The notes under the pieces: model-generated
Told to the model about the DNA's origin: nothing
Databases searched by the model: none
The model's input: the letters and a program-made list of their open reading frames with translations, nothing else
Assembly (NCBI GenBank): GCA_041936745.1
Contig: JBHGWS010000140.1
Location: 1-59,278, forward strand
DNA length: 59,278 nt
Source of the DNA: Candidatus Darwinibacter acetoxidans
GTDB taxonomy: Bacteria > Bacillota > Limnochordia > Darwinibacteriales > Darwinibacteriaceae
Direction: 5' to 3'
Translations under genes and position numbers: made by a program
Part shown: positions 17,012-27,330 of the stretch, one piece after another
Position numbering within the stretch: the first letter of the stretch is position 1
Layout of the letters: every line of letters begins with the position of its first letter

Positions 17012-19602
17012 TTACCTCCACCATCCTTATCCCTCGCTTTTGCCTGCAGTAAAGCGAGAGCCTGCAGGGCTTCCAGGGGGGTTAGATTGTTCAAATCCAA
17101 GCTCAAAAGCTCCTCAATTATCTCTTCCCCGTATAAAGCGGGCTCTTCAGTCGCGGCCAGGGCAGCGTAATCGGCTGTTTGAAAAAGGCTTAATTGGGTC
17201 GGCCCCTTCCCCATTGCTTCCAGTTCTAACAGAAGTTCCAAAGATCTTTTAAGCACCGGTTGGGGGATGCCGGCCATCCTGGCAACATTAATGCCGTAGC
17301 TGCGGTCAGTCGTGCCCGGGGAAACTTGGTGGAGAAAATAAATGGTGCCTTGTTTTTCCTCAACCTCCACCCGATAGCTTCTAAGGCGGGCAAGCTGCTG
17401 TTCCAGCTTAGTTAATTCATGAAAATGTGTGGAAAAAAGCGTCCTGGCCCCCACCTTCTCATGGATAAATTCGATAACCGCCTGGGCGATCGCCATGCCA
17501 TCGAAGGTGCTGGTACCCCGGCCTAATTCGTCTAACACGATTAAAGACTTGTTTGTGGCATTGAGTAAAAGCTGAGCAGTTTCGGTGCATTCTACCATAA
17601 ACGTGCTTTGGCCCGTGCTCAAATCATCGCTGGCGCCGATGCGGGTAAAAATCCGGTCAACGAGCCCTATCCTGCCAAAATCAGCCGGGATGAAACTGCC
17701 TATTTGAGCCATGATAACGATTAAGGCAACTTGGCGCAGGTATGTACTTTTCCCCGCCATGTTAGGCCCCGTAAGCAGTATGATCCGCTGCTTGGCATCA
17801 AAGTAAGCATCGTTAGGTACAAAGGTACCTTCCAAGGCTTCAATCACCGCATGGCGGCCCCCTTTGATGTCAAGCACCGGCTCCTCTGTTATTTCCGGCC
17901 GCTTGTAGTTGTTTTTTACCGCGGCGGTGGCCAGGCTTTGGAGAAAGTCGAGATATGCCAAAGCATGGGCACTGGCTTGGATGGGCTTAATGTAATCTTG
18001 GATCTTTTCCCTAAGATCTAAGAATAACTGGTATTCCAGTTCGTTAATCCTCTCTTCCGCGCCCAAAACTAATGCTTCCTGCTCTTTTAATTCCGGCGTT
18101 ATGTAACGCTCTGCGTTGGTCAGCGTTTGTTTCCTTTCATAATGCTCGGGCACTAAGTGAACGTTGGGGTGGGTAACCTCTAAGTAATAACCGAAGACGC
18201 GGTTAAAGCCGACTTTGAGGGATTTAATCCCCGTTTTCTCCCTTTCGCCCGCTTCTAAATTTTTGATCCACTCTTTGCCGCCCCTGCTTGCCTGGCGCAG
18301 CTTATCCAGCTCTGCGTTATAGCCGTCTTGGATTAAATTACCGTCGCGGATGGTGATTGCGGGATCCGCCAAAATTGCCTTTCGAATCAGCGTTGTAAGA
18401 GGGGCCAGCGGATCCAAATTTTCCTCCAATTCACTTAAAAGTGCACTGTCATTTTCTAAAAGGAGGTTTTTTATGGGCGAAATTTTTTCTAAAGAAGCCG
18501 CTAAAGCGTTGAGATCGCGGGCATTGCCGCTGCCTGCCACTAAGCGGCCTAAAAGCCTTTCCAAGTCATAGATTTCGCTTAAGTGTTCTTTTAACTCCAG
18601 TCGGAGAGCTGTGTTTTCCACAAGCGAACTTACAGCATCCAACCGCTTAGTAATCGCACCTTTTTGCACCAGGGGCTTTTCAATGTTGGCCTTTAAAAGC
18701 CTGCCGCCCATACCGGTTTCAGTATAATCCAAAATGCCTAAAAGAGAACCGGCTTTGCGGGCTCCCCGGATCGTTTGAGTCAGTTCCAAATTTTGCCTGC
18801 TGTGGCTGTCCATATGCAGATAATCCTCTAAATTATAAGCAGTGACCTTTCTGATATGGGGCAGGATGCTTTTTTGCGAATCTTTCACGTAATGTAAAGC
18901 TAAGCCTGCGGCAATAATAGTTTCCGCACTGTCCAGGCCAAAAGGTGTTAAGGTGCTTGTCCCAAAATGCTCTAATAAATCGTGGCTGGCACCTGCCACA
19001 CTCGGCTGGCTGCCGGCTAATTCCGTCACCAAGGCCCCCAGCTTCTGAGCTGTGGTTTTAAGTGCAGCCATCTGGGCAAATCCCTTCGTTAAAACTATTT
19101 CCGCCGGCCGCAGCCTGGTCAGTTCATCGTCCACCTCCTGCCAGCGGGCCGATTTAGTTACCATAAACCCCCCCGTGGATAGATCCAAAAAGGCCAAGCC
19201 CCAATTGTTGTGCCAGGCCAAAGCAGCCAAGTATTGGTTTTCTTTTTCTTTCAGGCTGCCTTCGATAAAAGTGCCCGGAGTGATGACGCGGACCACATCG
19301 CGCTTGACTACGCCCTTTGCGCTTTTCGGATCTTCCAGCTGTTCGCACAGAGCTACCCTGTAGCCGCTTTTAACAAGCTTGTCCAAGTAGCCCGCCGCGG
19401 CGTGGTGCGGCACGCCGCACATGGGTATGCGTCCCTGTGGGCCTGCTTCTCTGGAGGTAAGGGCTATTTCTAAAACCTTGGCGGCGATTTTAGCATCTTC
19501 ACCAAACATCTCGTAAAAGTCGCCCAGGCGAAAAAACAAAATGGCATCGGGGTATTGCTCTTTGAGATCGTAATACTGCTGCATCATCGGAGTAAGTTTC
19601 AA
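17008..19602 (-). CDS. mutS: DNA mismatch repair protein MutS
   Basis: TPMMQQY, GDFYEMF, GPNMAGKST, DELGRGTST; C-terminal QLSLF clamp motif. Confidence 0.98.
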   Translation of the reverse strand: MKLTPMMQQYYDLKEQYPDAILFFRLGDFYEMFGEDAKIAAKVLEIALTSREAGPQGRIPMCGVPHHAAAGYLDKLVKSGYRVALCEQLEDPKSAKGVVKRDVVRVITPGTFIEGSLKEKENQYLAALAWHNNWGLAFLDLSTGGFMVTKSARWQEVDDELTRLRPAEIVLTKGFAQMAALKTTAQKLGALVTELAGSQPSVAGASHDLLEHFGTSTLTPFGLDSAETIIAAGLALHYVKDSQKSILPHIRKVTAYNLEDYLHMDSHSRQNLELTQTIRGARKAGSLLGILDYTETGMGGRLLKANIEKPLVQKGAITKRLDAVSSLVENTALRLELKEHLSEIYDLERLLGRLVAGSGNARDLNALAASLEKISPIKNLLLENDSALLSELEENLDPLAPLTTLIRKAILADPAITIRDGNLIQDGYNAELDKLRQASRGGKEWIKNLEAGEREKTGIKSLKVGFNRVFGYYLEVTHPNVHLVPEHYERKQTLTNAERYITPELKEQEALVLGAEERINELEYQLFLDLREKIQDYIKPIQASAHALAYLDFLQSLATAAVKNNYKRPEITEEPVLDIKGGRHAVIEALEGTFVPNDAYFDAKQRIILLTGPNMAGKSTYLRQVALIVIMAQIGSFIPADFGRIGLVDRIFTRIGASDDLSTGQSTFMVECTETAQLLLNATNKSLIVLDELGRGTSTFDGMAIAQAVIEFIHEKVGARTLFSTHFHELTKLEQQLARLRSYRVEVEEKQGTIYFLHQVSPGTTDRSYGINVARMAGIPQPVLKRSLELLLELEAMGKGPTQLSLFQTADYAALAATEEPALYGEEIIEELLSLDLNNLTPLEALQALALLQAKARDKDGGGK

Positions 19603-19619
19603 ATCCTAGCCCCCTTTGG

Positions 19620-19973
19620 TTAATGCTTGTTTTTTTCCTGCGCCCAATAAGGTTTCTGCCCCAGCGTTCGGTAAATTTCCAACTCCAGCCGGGAAGAAAT
19701 ATCTGTGCTGTAGGGCGGCAGTTTTTCTAAAAAATCAGACCGGATTGTACAGCGCACGGCCCTGCCGATTGTTTGAATGCATTCGCAGGGCACTAAATAC
19801 TGGCAGGATCTTTTTTTTGAAAACACAACCAAATAGCGCACGAGGCACTGCCCGGGCTCGACGACTTGGCAGACGACATTGCCGCAGTAAAGCCCGTCTC
19901 GGCTGAACAGCGGCAGCTGCCAGATATCCCGGTTATTATCCGCCCACAAAGTCTTCGCTTCATTGACCCACAA
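19620..19973 (-). CDS. PRC-barrel-like hypothetical protein
   Basis: LFSRDG..CG.V...RYLVV...YLVP...I...; the C-terminal LEKLPPY...E.EIY...G.KPYW is typical of PRC-barrel proteins. Confidence 0.6.
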   Translation of the reverse strand: MWVNEAKTLWADNNRDIWQLPLFSRDGLYCGNVVCQVVEPGQCLVRYLVVFSKKRSCQYLVPCECIQTIGRAVRCTIRSDFLEKLPPYSTDISSRLELEIYRTLGQKPYWAQEKNKH

Positions 19974-19985
19974 AGGATTTCCCCC

Positions 19986-21305
19986 TTATAAGACGCTGCC
20001 TTTCAGACTCCAAGTACTGGCTTCTGTGATTTTTACTGTCAGAAGCTCTCCTACCAGATCGTCACTGCCTGCTAAATGGACCAGGCGGTTGGCTCGTGTC
20101 CGGCCTGTCAACCCTTCGCGGGATTTACCTTCAACTAAGATTTCTTGTTTTGTACCCAAGAGTTTTTGCATCTTGGAGCCGCTGATGGTATTTTGTATCT
20201 CAATCAACTCGTAGATCCGCTCTTTTTTGACCTCTTCCGGCAGGTGATCGGGCAGCCGCATGGCCGGCGTCCCTTCCCTGGGCGAGTAGATAAAGGTGAA
20301 GGCGGAGTCAAACTCAACTTCCCTGACCAATGCCAGGGTTTGTTGAAAGTCTTCTTCAGTCTCGCCGGGAAAACCTACAATTAAATCTGTCGTTAAGCTG
20401 ATTTCAGGCACCGCTTTTCTGATCTTTTCCACCAGTTTCAAATAGTCTTCCCTGGTGTAACCCCTATTCATGCGGCGCAAAATTCTGTTACTGCCGGCCT
20501 GCACAGGCAGGTGGAGGTGTTCGCAAACTGTATCTAAAGAGCGCAGAGCCTCTATTAGGTCATCACCCATATCTTTGGGGTGGCTGGTCATAAACCGAAG
20601 CCTTTCTAAGCCGGCGATGCTGTCCAGCTGTTTTAAAAGCCCGCTGAAAGACGCACCGTTTGATAAATCTTTGCCGTAGGAGTTCACGTTTTGGCCGAGC
20701 AGGGTGATTTCTTTGTAACCGCTTCGGACCAGGTTTTCTACGTCTTCCCTAATCTTTTCCGGCAGGCGGCTGTGTTCTCTGCCCCGCACATACGGCACAA
20801 TACAGTAAGTGCAGAAGTTCGTGCAGCCGTAAATTACGTTGACAAAGGCTTTGTGGCCGTGGCTGCGCTTAATGGGCAGGCCGTCGCGAAAGTCCTGTCC
20901 TTCTTTGTAATCGGCTTCGTCCCAAATTTCCACAACTCGCTCACCGTTTTCAGCCCTGGCCAATAATTCCGGCAGGCGGTGGATGTTATGGGTGCCGAAG
21001 ATTAAATCGACGTGAGGCAGTTTCCTGAGAATTTTCTGCAGTTCCTCTTTTTGTTGCGTCATGCAGCCGCAGAGACCGATAATTAAACCGGGGTTCTTTT
21101 CTTTTAAAGCCTGATAAGACAGCATATGGCCGTAGACCCGGCGTTCGGGGTTAGCCCGCACACAACAGGTGTTATAAAGTATGAGGTCTGCCTGTTCCGC
21201 TTCATCGGTTGCTTGGTAGCCTAAAGAAAGTAAAAGGCCTGTAATTACCTCCGAGTCGTGATCGTTCATCTGGCAGCCCATTGTTTTTAAATAAAATCGT
21301 TTCAT
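19986..21305 (-). CDS. miaB: tRNA methylthiotransferase MiaB
   Basis: GCQMN..DSE, NTCCVR, radical-SAM CTNFCTYC, TSHP, C-terminal TRAM domain. Confidence 0.97.
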   Translation of the reverse strand: MKRFYLKTMGCQMNDHDSEVITGLLLSLGYQATDEAEQADLILYNTCCVRANPERRVYGHMLSYQALKEKNPGLIIGLCGCMTQQKEELQKILRKLPHVDLIFGTHNIHRLPELLARAENGERVVEIWDEADYKEGQDFRDGLPIKRSHGHKAFVNVIYGCTNFCTYCIVPYVRGREHSRLPEKIREDVENLVRSGYKEITLLGQNVNSYGKDLSNGASFSGLLKQLDSIAGLERLRFMTSHPKDMGDDLIEALRSLDTVCEHLHLPVQAGSNRILRRMNRGYTREDYLKLVEKIRKAVPEISLTTDLIVGFPGETEEDFQQTLALVREVEFDSAFTFIYSPREGTPAMRLPDHLPEEVKKERIYELIEIQNTISGSKMQKLLGTKQEILVEGKSREGLTGRTRANRLVHLAGSDDLVGELLTVKITEASTWSLKGSVL

Positions 21306-21436
21306 ACCGGCTTCCTTCCTAGTTAATATTAGATAAGCACTACCCTATTATACTACCACATCTTAAATGGGCGCAAGTTTGTTCCCCGGGTATCAAAAGA
21401 GCGGCTTTGGAAATAATCCAAATAGGGGGTTAAACT

Positions 21437-22138
21437 ATGCTGATTACGCTGGCAAGGACCTTTTTTCTTTATATCCTGGTAGTGGCCGCGATGAGGCTTA
21501 TGGGTAAACGCCAGATTGCCCAGCTGGAACCGTTTGAATTAGTGATTACAATTATGATGGCGGAACTGGCTGCCATCCCCATGCAGGATCGCCACATTCC
21601 TTTAATCAATGGCGTTATTTCTATTTTAACACTGCTCTTTATTCAAGTCACCTTCAGCATCCTGAGCCTAAAATCTTTGGGCTTTCGGGCCGTTTTAGAC
21701 GGCCGTTACAGCGTAATTATAGCTAACGGCACGATTTTGGAAAAAGAAATGAAGAAAGCCCGCTATAACCTGCATCAGCTGTTGGAGCAGCTGCGCATTA
21801 AAAACGTTTTCAATATTGCCGATGTGGAATTCGCCATTTTAGAGACAAGTGGTGATTTAAGCGTTATTCTAAAATCGCAAAAAAGGCCTGTCACTCCAAA
21901 AGACCTCCAACTGGATACGGAATACGAAGGCCTGCCTGCGGTACTGATCCTGGACGGGCGGGTTATGCAGCGGGAATTGAAAAACGTCAACTTAACAGAG
22001 GCTTGGCTGCGCACCGAATTGGAGAAGTTCAACATCAAATCGCCGGCAGATGTTTTAATTGCTGCAATCAATACTAAAGGCGAACTGTTCTTGCAGGAAA
22101 AAGCCCGGGCGGCTCAAGCGAAAGGAGTGGGCGGATGA
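21437..22138 (+). CDS. DUF421 (YetF-like) membrane protein
   Basis: RLMGKRQIAQL and L...LR...F.I.DVEFAILETSG.LSV motifs. Confidence 0.9.
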   Translation: MLITLARTFFLYILVVAAMRLMGKRQIAQLEPFELVITIMMAELAAIPMQDRHIPLINGVISILTLLFIQVTFSILSLKSLGFRAVLDGRYSVIIANGTILEKEMKKARYNLHQLLEQLRIKNVFNIADVEFAILETSGDLSVILKSQKRPVTPKDLQLDTEYEGLPAVLILDGRVMQRELKNVNLTEAWLRTELEKFNIKSPADVLIAAINTKGELFLQEKARAAQAKGVGG

Positions 22139-22515
22139 AACTTTGGATTGTAATGTTTGTGGTTATGGCCGCCATTGTTATTGGTGGTTTTTATCTGGAA
22201 AAGCAGGTTTTAAAAACCACCGACAGCCTTTCGCATGATTTGGATCAGGTCCAAAGACATGTAAAAGCAGGCCGATGGCAGGAAGCGGTTACTCTGTGCC
22301 GCAGCGTGGGTAAAAAGTGGGCTGCCCAAATGGATGCCTGGAGCCCTTTTATTCACAATCACGAATTAGACCTAATAGCAATTGCCCTGGCTAGGGCAGT
22401 CAGCCTTTTAGAAAGCCGTGATGAAAGTGCCGCGCTGGCGGAAATTACAGCAATTAAAATGCAGTTGGTCCAGATGCACCACCAGGAGATCTTGACTCTG
22501 CAGAATGTTTTCTAA
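22135..22515 (+). CDS. DUF4363 family protein
   Basis: N-terminal TM, W...W...I...ELD.I, C-terminal E..TL.NVF; ATGA-coupled to DUF421, its usual partner. Confidence 0.8.
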   Translation: MKLWIVMFVVMAAIVIGGFYLEKQVLKTTDSLSHDLDQVQRHVKAGRWQEAVTLCRSVGKKWAAQMDAWSPFIHNHELDLIAIALARAVSLLESRDESAALAEITAIKMQLVQMHHQEILTLQNVF

Positions 22516-23054
22516 AAGCCGGCTGCAGAATAGTGTTTGTTGATCTGGGCTGTAACAAGGCCGACAAAGGCCCCGGTTGGCAGGGCGAAAAACAGCATGT
22601 AGGGCAGGTAGCCGAAAATACCGGCGCTTTCTATGACAACAGCAGCTATGGAAAGCTGTGTTAAGTTATGAATGACTGCACCGATCAGGCTAATGCCCAA
22701 AAGGCTGAAAAAGCGGCCTAAATACCGCTGGGCTAACCCCATGACTAATGTACTGACTATACCGCCGAAAAAACTAAAGAAAAAAGTAATGCTCAAAAAC
22801 GTGCCCCCGGCCAATGAAGCCAAAACGGTCCGCAAAATTGTGATGGTAACAGCATCTTTAATAGTAAAATTGAGGATTACGTATAAACTGACAATGTTGG
22901 CCAGCCCCAGTTTAAACCCTGGCACAGTTATATTCGTCGGCAAAGGCAGCATATTTTCCAATAAATGCAGGCCCAAAGCTAACCCGGTCAAAAGGCCGAG
23001 ATAAACAATGCGGCGCGTGTTTGACTGCTCCAAAGATAGTACTCCTTCATTCAT
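22512..23054 (-). CDS. Gx transporter family (heptaprenyl diphosphate synthase component I-like)
   Basis: PGFKLGLANI, R..L and S..GA..HN..QL motifs. Confidence 0.88.
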   Translation of the reverse strand: MNEGVLSLEQSNTRRIVYLGLLTGLALGLHLLENMLPLPTNITVPGFKLGLANIVSLYVILNFTIKDAVTITILRTVLASLAGGTFLSITFFFSFFGGIVSTLVMGLAQRYLGRFFSLLGISLIGAVIHNLTQLSIAAVVIESAGIFGYLPYMLFFALPTGAFVGLVTAQINKHYSAAGF

Positions 23055-24999
23055 TAATTTTAAGCGAACCGGAAAAAACGCTCAGATTGCCTTCCTGGAT
23101 AAAGGCCTTCACCTGTGAGCCTTCTTCCCCAAACCTGAAATGCTGATTGCCAATGGAAATCCTGACATTTGGGTAAACGCGGTTGGCAGTAATCTTCCCT
23201 TCTTTAACGATGTGGGCCTCAGTGGCTACTCCTGTGGGGCCGCCGAATTCTTTAGCTTTGATATCGCCTTGGTTTACGGTGATCTCACCGCCCCTAAAAA
23301 CACCGTTGGGCATTTGGAAGCCCCGCCCCGCCACTATTTTCGAATAATAGCAGCCGGTGCCCGTAATTTCCACTACACCTGATGCTTCAATACTGCTGTT
23401 TTGCAGATAGCCAACAGTCGCGTTGGAATCCGTATCCGTTTCTTTTTCCAGGATCACTTCCTGTGATCTCAAAAGGGAATGCAGCTCCCGTAAGCTGCTG
23501 ATATCCTTGACTTCTAACGGGCCCGTACCCAACAGGCTGTTTGTCAATTTTTCTGCCAGCAGCGCTAATTCAAGTGACGAACTTGCTTCTACTTCTTTGA
23601 AATAGTCCGCAAAGGCCTTGATATCCTTAGGCAGATCAAAGAATTTCAGCTCTAAGAGGTGTTTTATTAAGTTCTCAAAGGGAATGTTCTCAGCCTGTTT
23701 GACAATGGCGTCGTGAGCTTTTAAAAGCTGTTCCAGTTGATTGCCGATGTTATGCAGCATGGCAACCTGCCTGATTTTGATGACGGTCTGGCCTCCGGCG
23801 TAAAGTTGAGAGCGAAGGACATTCCTGACAACGTTAATGGAGCCTGCCGTACGTAAAATTGCACCGCTGACTAAGCCGTTAACTATGATGTTTCCTTTTT
23901 TCGATTCTACTTTAACGCTTTCTAAGACATTCCCTCTTATTATTATAGCACCATCCATGGTGATATTGCCTGTGGAAACATCTGCATCCCCCGCAAGTTC
24001 GAAAGCGTCGAGCACTTTTACAACACCGCCCTGCAGCATGGGCAGCCCGTCTCTTTCCGCTACTGCCCGCAGCCCATCTTGAGTAAGGTATGCCCCCTCC
24101 CCAACTTGCAGGGGAGGATCAATCATGGGCTCAATGGATATTTCTTTGCCGAAAACATCAATTCCCGGGGTTCCCGGAACCCCGGGTGTCTTAACTGCTA
24201 AAACCGTTCCTGGTTTAACACTTCGAATACCGTGGACCTCGTAGTGATCGATGCGGAGTGCATCGAAATCTACATCCGGTACTGTATCTTCTTGAAACCT
24301 ATAGGTAATAACCGGCTGCTTATGAGGCGTTGGTGCAATGCCTTCGGCTATGGTGATCAAACCACTCGGTTGGCGGAGCTGTTTAGGCGTGATCTTACTT
24401 AAATCGATGCCGTACGCAAGCCCCTCAACGGCAACTATTTCCCGCACCTCTTCTTTTGTTAGGGCGGGAGGTTCCACAAATTCTTTTTCCAGCGTCAAAC
24501 TCAACTGGTTAGCCGGGCTTTTTTCCGCCAATTTATATTTAACCCCCGGTGTCCGCTTCCAAAACAGCTCCGCTTTGAGATTATTTTTAGAAATTTTGAT
24601 TTCATACTCTAATTTAGGTGCAGAATTTTCCGGCAGTTCAATCTCTAAAGTGGCCAACCCCGCGGTAAGGATGAGGCGGTGGTTTATCTCTTTGCCTTGA
24701 TAGCGCACTTTGAAATCACGGCTGAAAAGCAGGCTGGGCTGTGGCCCTTCACCCTGTGGCGCGGTGTACTGCAGCTTGCCGTCAATTACGCTGATTGTGC
24801 CGGGAATATCCCTTGATTCAACCGGTTTTTTCAGCCTTACCCGCACAACTGCCGGCCTGCCCAGCAGGCCGAGGACCCCGCGGGAGGGCTCTTGCACCAC
24901 TTCTACCTCAACTTCTTTTCTTGTTGCGTTGAGTTTTTTTAGGGCATTTTCAATGGCTGTTTCGATCGTTTTGGCTTCCTCCAAGTGTTCACGCACCAT
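23047..24999 (-). CDS. FapA/DUF342 protein with an N-terminal Jag_N-like domain
   Basis: N-terminal KTIETAIENAL..L...EVEVEVVQEPSRGVLG..GRPA.VRV (Jag_N); DUF342 motifs V.PG..LA.K.PG..G.DVFG and DVSTGNI..DG.I.I.GNV. Confidence 0.82.
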   Translation of the reverse strand: MVREHLEEAKTIETAIENALKKLNATRKEVEVEVVQEPSRGVLGLLGRPAVVRVRLKKPVESRDIPGTISVIDGKLQYTAPQGEGPQPSLLFSRDFKVRYQGKEINHRLILTAGLATLEIELPENSAPKLEYEIKISKNNLKAELFWKRTPGVKYKLAEKSPANQLSLTLEKEFVEPPALTKEEVREIVAVEGLAYGIDLSKITPKQLRQPSGLITIAEGIAPTPHKQPVITYRFQEDTVPDVDFDALRIDHYEVHGIRSVKPGTVLAVKTPGVPGTPGIDVFGKEISIEPMIDPPLQVGEGAYLTQDGLRAVAERDGLPMLQGGVVKVLDAFELAGDADVSTGNITMDGAIIIRGNVLESVKVESKKGNIIVNGLVSGAILRTAGSINVVRNVLRSQLYAGGQTVIKIRQVAMLHNIGNQLEQLLKAHDAIVKQAENIPFENLIKHLLELKFFDLPKDIKAFADYFKEVEASSSLELALLAEKLTNSLLGTGPLEVKDISSLRELHSLLRSQEVILEKETDTDSNATVGYLQNSSIEASGVVEITGTGCYYSKIVAGRGFQMPNGVFRGGEITVNQGDIKAKEFGGPTGVATEAHIVKEGKITANRVYPNVRISIGNQHFRFGEEGSQVKAFIQEGNLSVFSGSLKINE

Positions 25000-25003
25000 T
25001 AGA

Positions 25004-25786
25004 TTACCCCCTGGCTGTGGTTTTCCGGTAAATGCAGTAATTTACCCTGTCCAGTCCATAAGAAGCAGGATCCATGATCTGTTCGGCGGATCCTACGATG
25101 AAATAACCGCCTGATGTTAGAGACTTAACAAACTTTTTAATCAGCCGGGCCTGCGTCTCGCTGGTAAAATAGATGAAAACATTGCGGCAGAGGATTAGAT
25201 CAAAGTTGTTTTGATATGGGTCTTTCAAAAGATCGTGCTGTTTGAAGATTACCATTTCTTTGATGCTGTCATTAATTGCTACATCGCCGTTTTCCAAAAC
25301 AGAAAAATATTTCTGTTTAAGGCTTTCCCTGACATCTTTAACTTGGTTTGGCAAAAACAGACCCTCTTTAGCCTTGTTCAAGACAAACAGGTCTAAATCC
25401 GTTGCCAAAAGTAAACTTGGTTGGATGCGCAGTTCCTGCAGTAAAATAGCGATGGAATAAACTTCCGCCCCAATTGAAGCTCCGGCACTCCAGATGCGGG
25501 GCCTGTTATTTGTGCCTATTGCAGGCAAGATTTTATTTTCTATTACAGAAAAAACGCTTTCATCGCGAAAAAAGTGCGATGTGTTAATCGTCAAGTATTT
25601 CAAAAATTTGCTGCGGTGGTTTTGGTCCGCATCTATTTTAGCCAAAAGCGCCTCGTAAGATGGCAAATCATGCCTGTTTAACCACTGATTAATGCGCCGG
25701 CGCATCTGCTGTTCTTTATAAGCGTGCAGATCAATTCCTAATTTAGCGTTAATCCCGTCTTTTAATCTTTCGTATTCCAATGCCAT
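25004..25786 (-). CDS. cheR: Chemotaxis methyltransferase CheR
   Basis: LTINTSHFFRD, RIWSAGAS.G.E.YS and DLILCRNVFIYF motifs. Confidence 0.95.
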   Translation of the reverse strand: MALEYERLKDGINAKLGIDLHAYKEQQMRRRINQWLNRHDLPSYEALLAKIDADQNHRSKFLKYLTINTSHFFRDESVFSVIENKILPAIGTNNRPRIWSAGASIGAEVYSIAILLQELRIQPSLLLATDLDLFVLNKAKEGLFLPNQVKDVRESLKQKYFSVLENGDVAINDSIKEMVIFKQHDLLKDPYQNNFDLILCRNVFIYFTSETQARLIKKFVKSLTSGGYFIVGSAEQIMDPASYGLDRVNYCIYRKTTARG

Positions 25787-25799
25787 AAAATCTTTCTCC

Positions 25800-26855
25800 T
25801 TACATGATCGGCACAATTTTCGAGATCGCCTCACCGATCCGGTTTAAAGGCAGGATGTAATCAGCATTTCCTTCTTCCGCGGCGGCCCGGGGCATGCTGT
25901 AAATTGTTGAAGAATTCTGATCCTGGGCGATGGTAATTCCCCCCGCGGCTTTGATTTTGGCCATGCCCTGCGCGCCATCTCTGCCCATGCCCGTGAGGAT
26001 AACGCCCAAAATCTTACTGCCGTAAACGGAAATCAGGCTTGCCATCGTTACATCAATTGCGGGCCTTAAAAACATTACCTTGTCGCTTTGATTCAGGTGT
26101 ACTCGGCGATCTTGGCCCACCAGCAGGTGAAAATCGCCCGGTGCGATGAGAACCTTGCTGTTTTCGATAAGATCACCGTCTGCCGCTTCTTTGACCGGAA
26201 AGGAAAATAGTGCATCCAACCTCTCGGCAAAACTGCGCGTGAAGTGGGCAGGCATGTGCTGTACGACCAAGATGCCCGCCGGCAAGTTGCGCGGGAGCTG
26301 CCCAAACACTTCTTCAACTGCCCTGGGCCCGCCCGTGGAAGAACCGATGATAACAAGTTTTTCTGCCGCTCCCGCAGCAGCCGGCGGAAAAACTTTGGGC
26401 CGCACAGCCCTGGGCAGCGGTGATGTTTTTTTTATTTCACGCACTTGAGCTTTTGCTGCCAGCCGCACTTTTTCAACAATCAGTGCGGCAATATCTTTCA
26501 AATCCAGGGAAATAGAGCCCGATGGTTTCGGAATAAAATCAACCGCACCCAAAGCTAAAGCCTGCATGGTAGTATCTGAGCCCTTTTTGGTCATGCTGCT
26601 TAACATGACAACGGGCAGCGGTTTAGTACTCATAATATGCCGTAAGGCTTCTAAGCCGTCCATTACGGGCATTTCCACATCGAGAGTTACAACATCTATG
26701 TCAAGCCTTGCTAATTTATTTAAGGCATCCTGCCCATTTCGCGCCGTAGCAACGGCTTCCAGGTCAGCTTCAGCATTAATTATTTCTGAAATAAGTTTAC
26801 GCATAAATGCACTGTCATCGACGACTAGGACTTTTATGGGCATTTGTGCTACCAC
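25800..26855 (-). CDS. cheB: Chemotaxis response regulator/methylesterase CheB
   Basis: Receiver domain (VDDS, LDVEMP) plus GSSTGGP, VQHMP and LTGMGRDG motifs. Confidence 0.96.
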   Translation of the reverse strand: MVAQMPIKVLVVDDSAFMRKLISEIINAEADLEAVATARNGQDALNKLARLDIDVVTLDVEMPVMDGLEALRHIMSTKPLPVVMLSSMTKKGSDTTMQALALGAVDFIPKPSGSISLDLKDIAALIVEKVRLAAKAQVREIKKTSPLPRAVRPKVFPPAAAGAAEKLVIIGSSTGGPRAVEEVFGQLPRNLPAGILVVQHMPAHFTRSFAERLDALFSFPVKEAADGDLIENSKVLIAPGDFHLLVGQDRRVHLNQSDKVMFLRPAIDVTMASLISVYGSKILGVILTGMGRDGAQGMAKIKAAGGITIAQDQNSSTIYSMPRAAAEEGNADYILPLNRIGEAISKIVPIM

Positions 26856-26856
26856 C

Positions 26857-27330
26857 TCAAATCTCCTTGGGCGTTTTACCGATAGCCGTGACCATAACGA
26901 TACCGTTTTTGATGAAAAATCTCATTTTGCGGCCGTGATTGCCTAAGACATCCTGGCCAACGATTGGTATATTGTACTTTTTTAAGTTTTCGAAAACTGC
27001 CATAGTATTTTGTTCGCCGATGCTGACCGTGTTTAGATTTAAGTTGGGAAAAAGGTTTGCGCCGCCCGCTACTTTGGCCTGCAAGCGGCTTTTCTGGGCA
27101 CCAAGCTTGCGTGCTTCTTCGATCATGGCCGGAATGCCCGTATCCGCGTATTTCCCCGGTGGTGCGTTATCTTCCCTGCTTTTCGGCAGGAAAATATGGC
27201 CCATCACCCCCACTTTGGCCGTCTTGTCATATAAAGTAACGCCTACGCAAGAACCCAGGCCAACCGTAGTTAAGATGCCATCTGTTTTTAATGAGTTAAT
27301 TTGGCCCATATTTACGAACAATTCAGCCAT
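26857..27330 (-). CDS. cheD: Chemoreceptor glutamine deamidase CheD
   Basis: GLGSCVGV, H..LP, KYAD and AKVAGGA motifs. Confidence 0.95.
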   Translation of the reverse strand: MAELFVNMGQINSLKTDGILTTVGLGSCVGVTLYDKTAKVGVMGHIFLPKSREDNAPPGKYADTGIPAMIEEARKLGAQKSRLQAKVAGGANLFPNLNLNTVSIGEQNTMAVFENLKKYNIPIVGQDVLGNHGRKMRFFIKNGIVMVTAIGKTPKEI

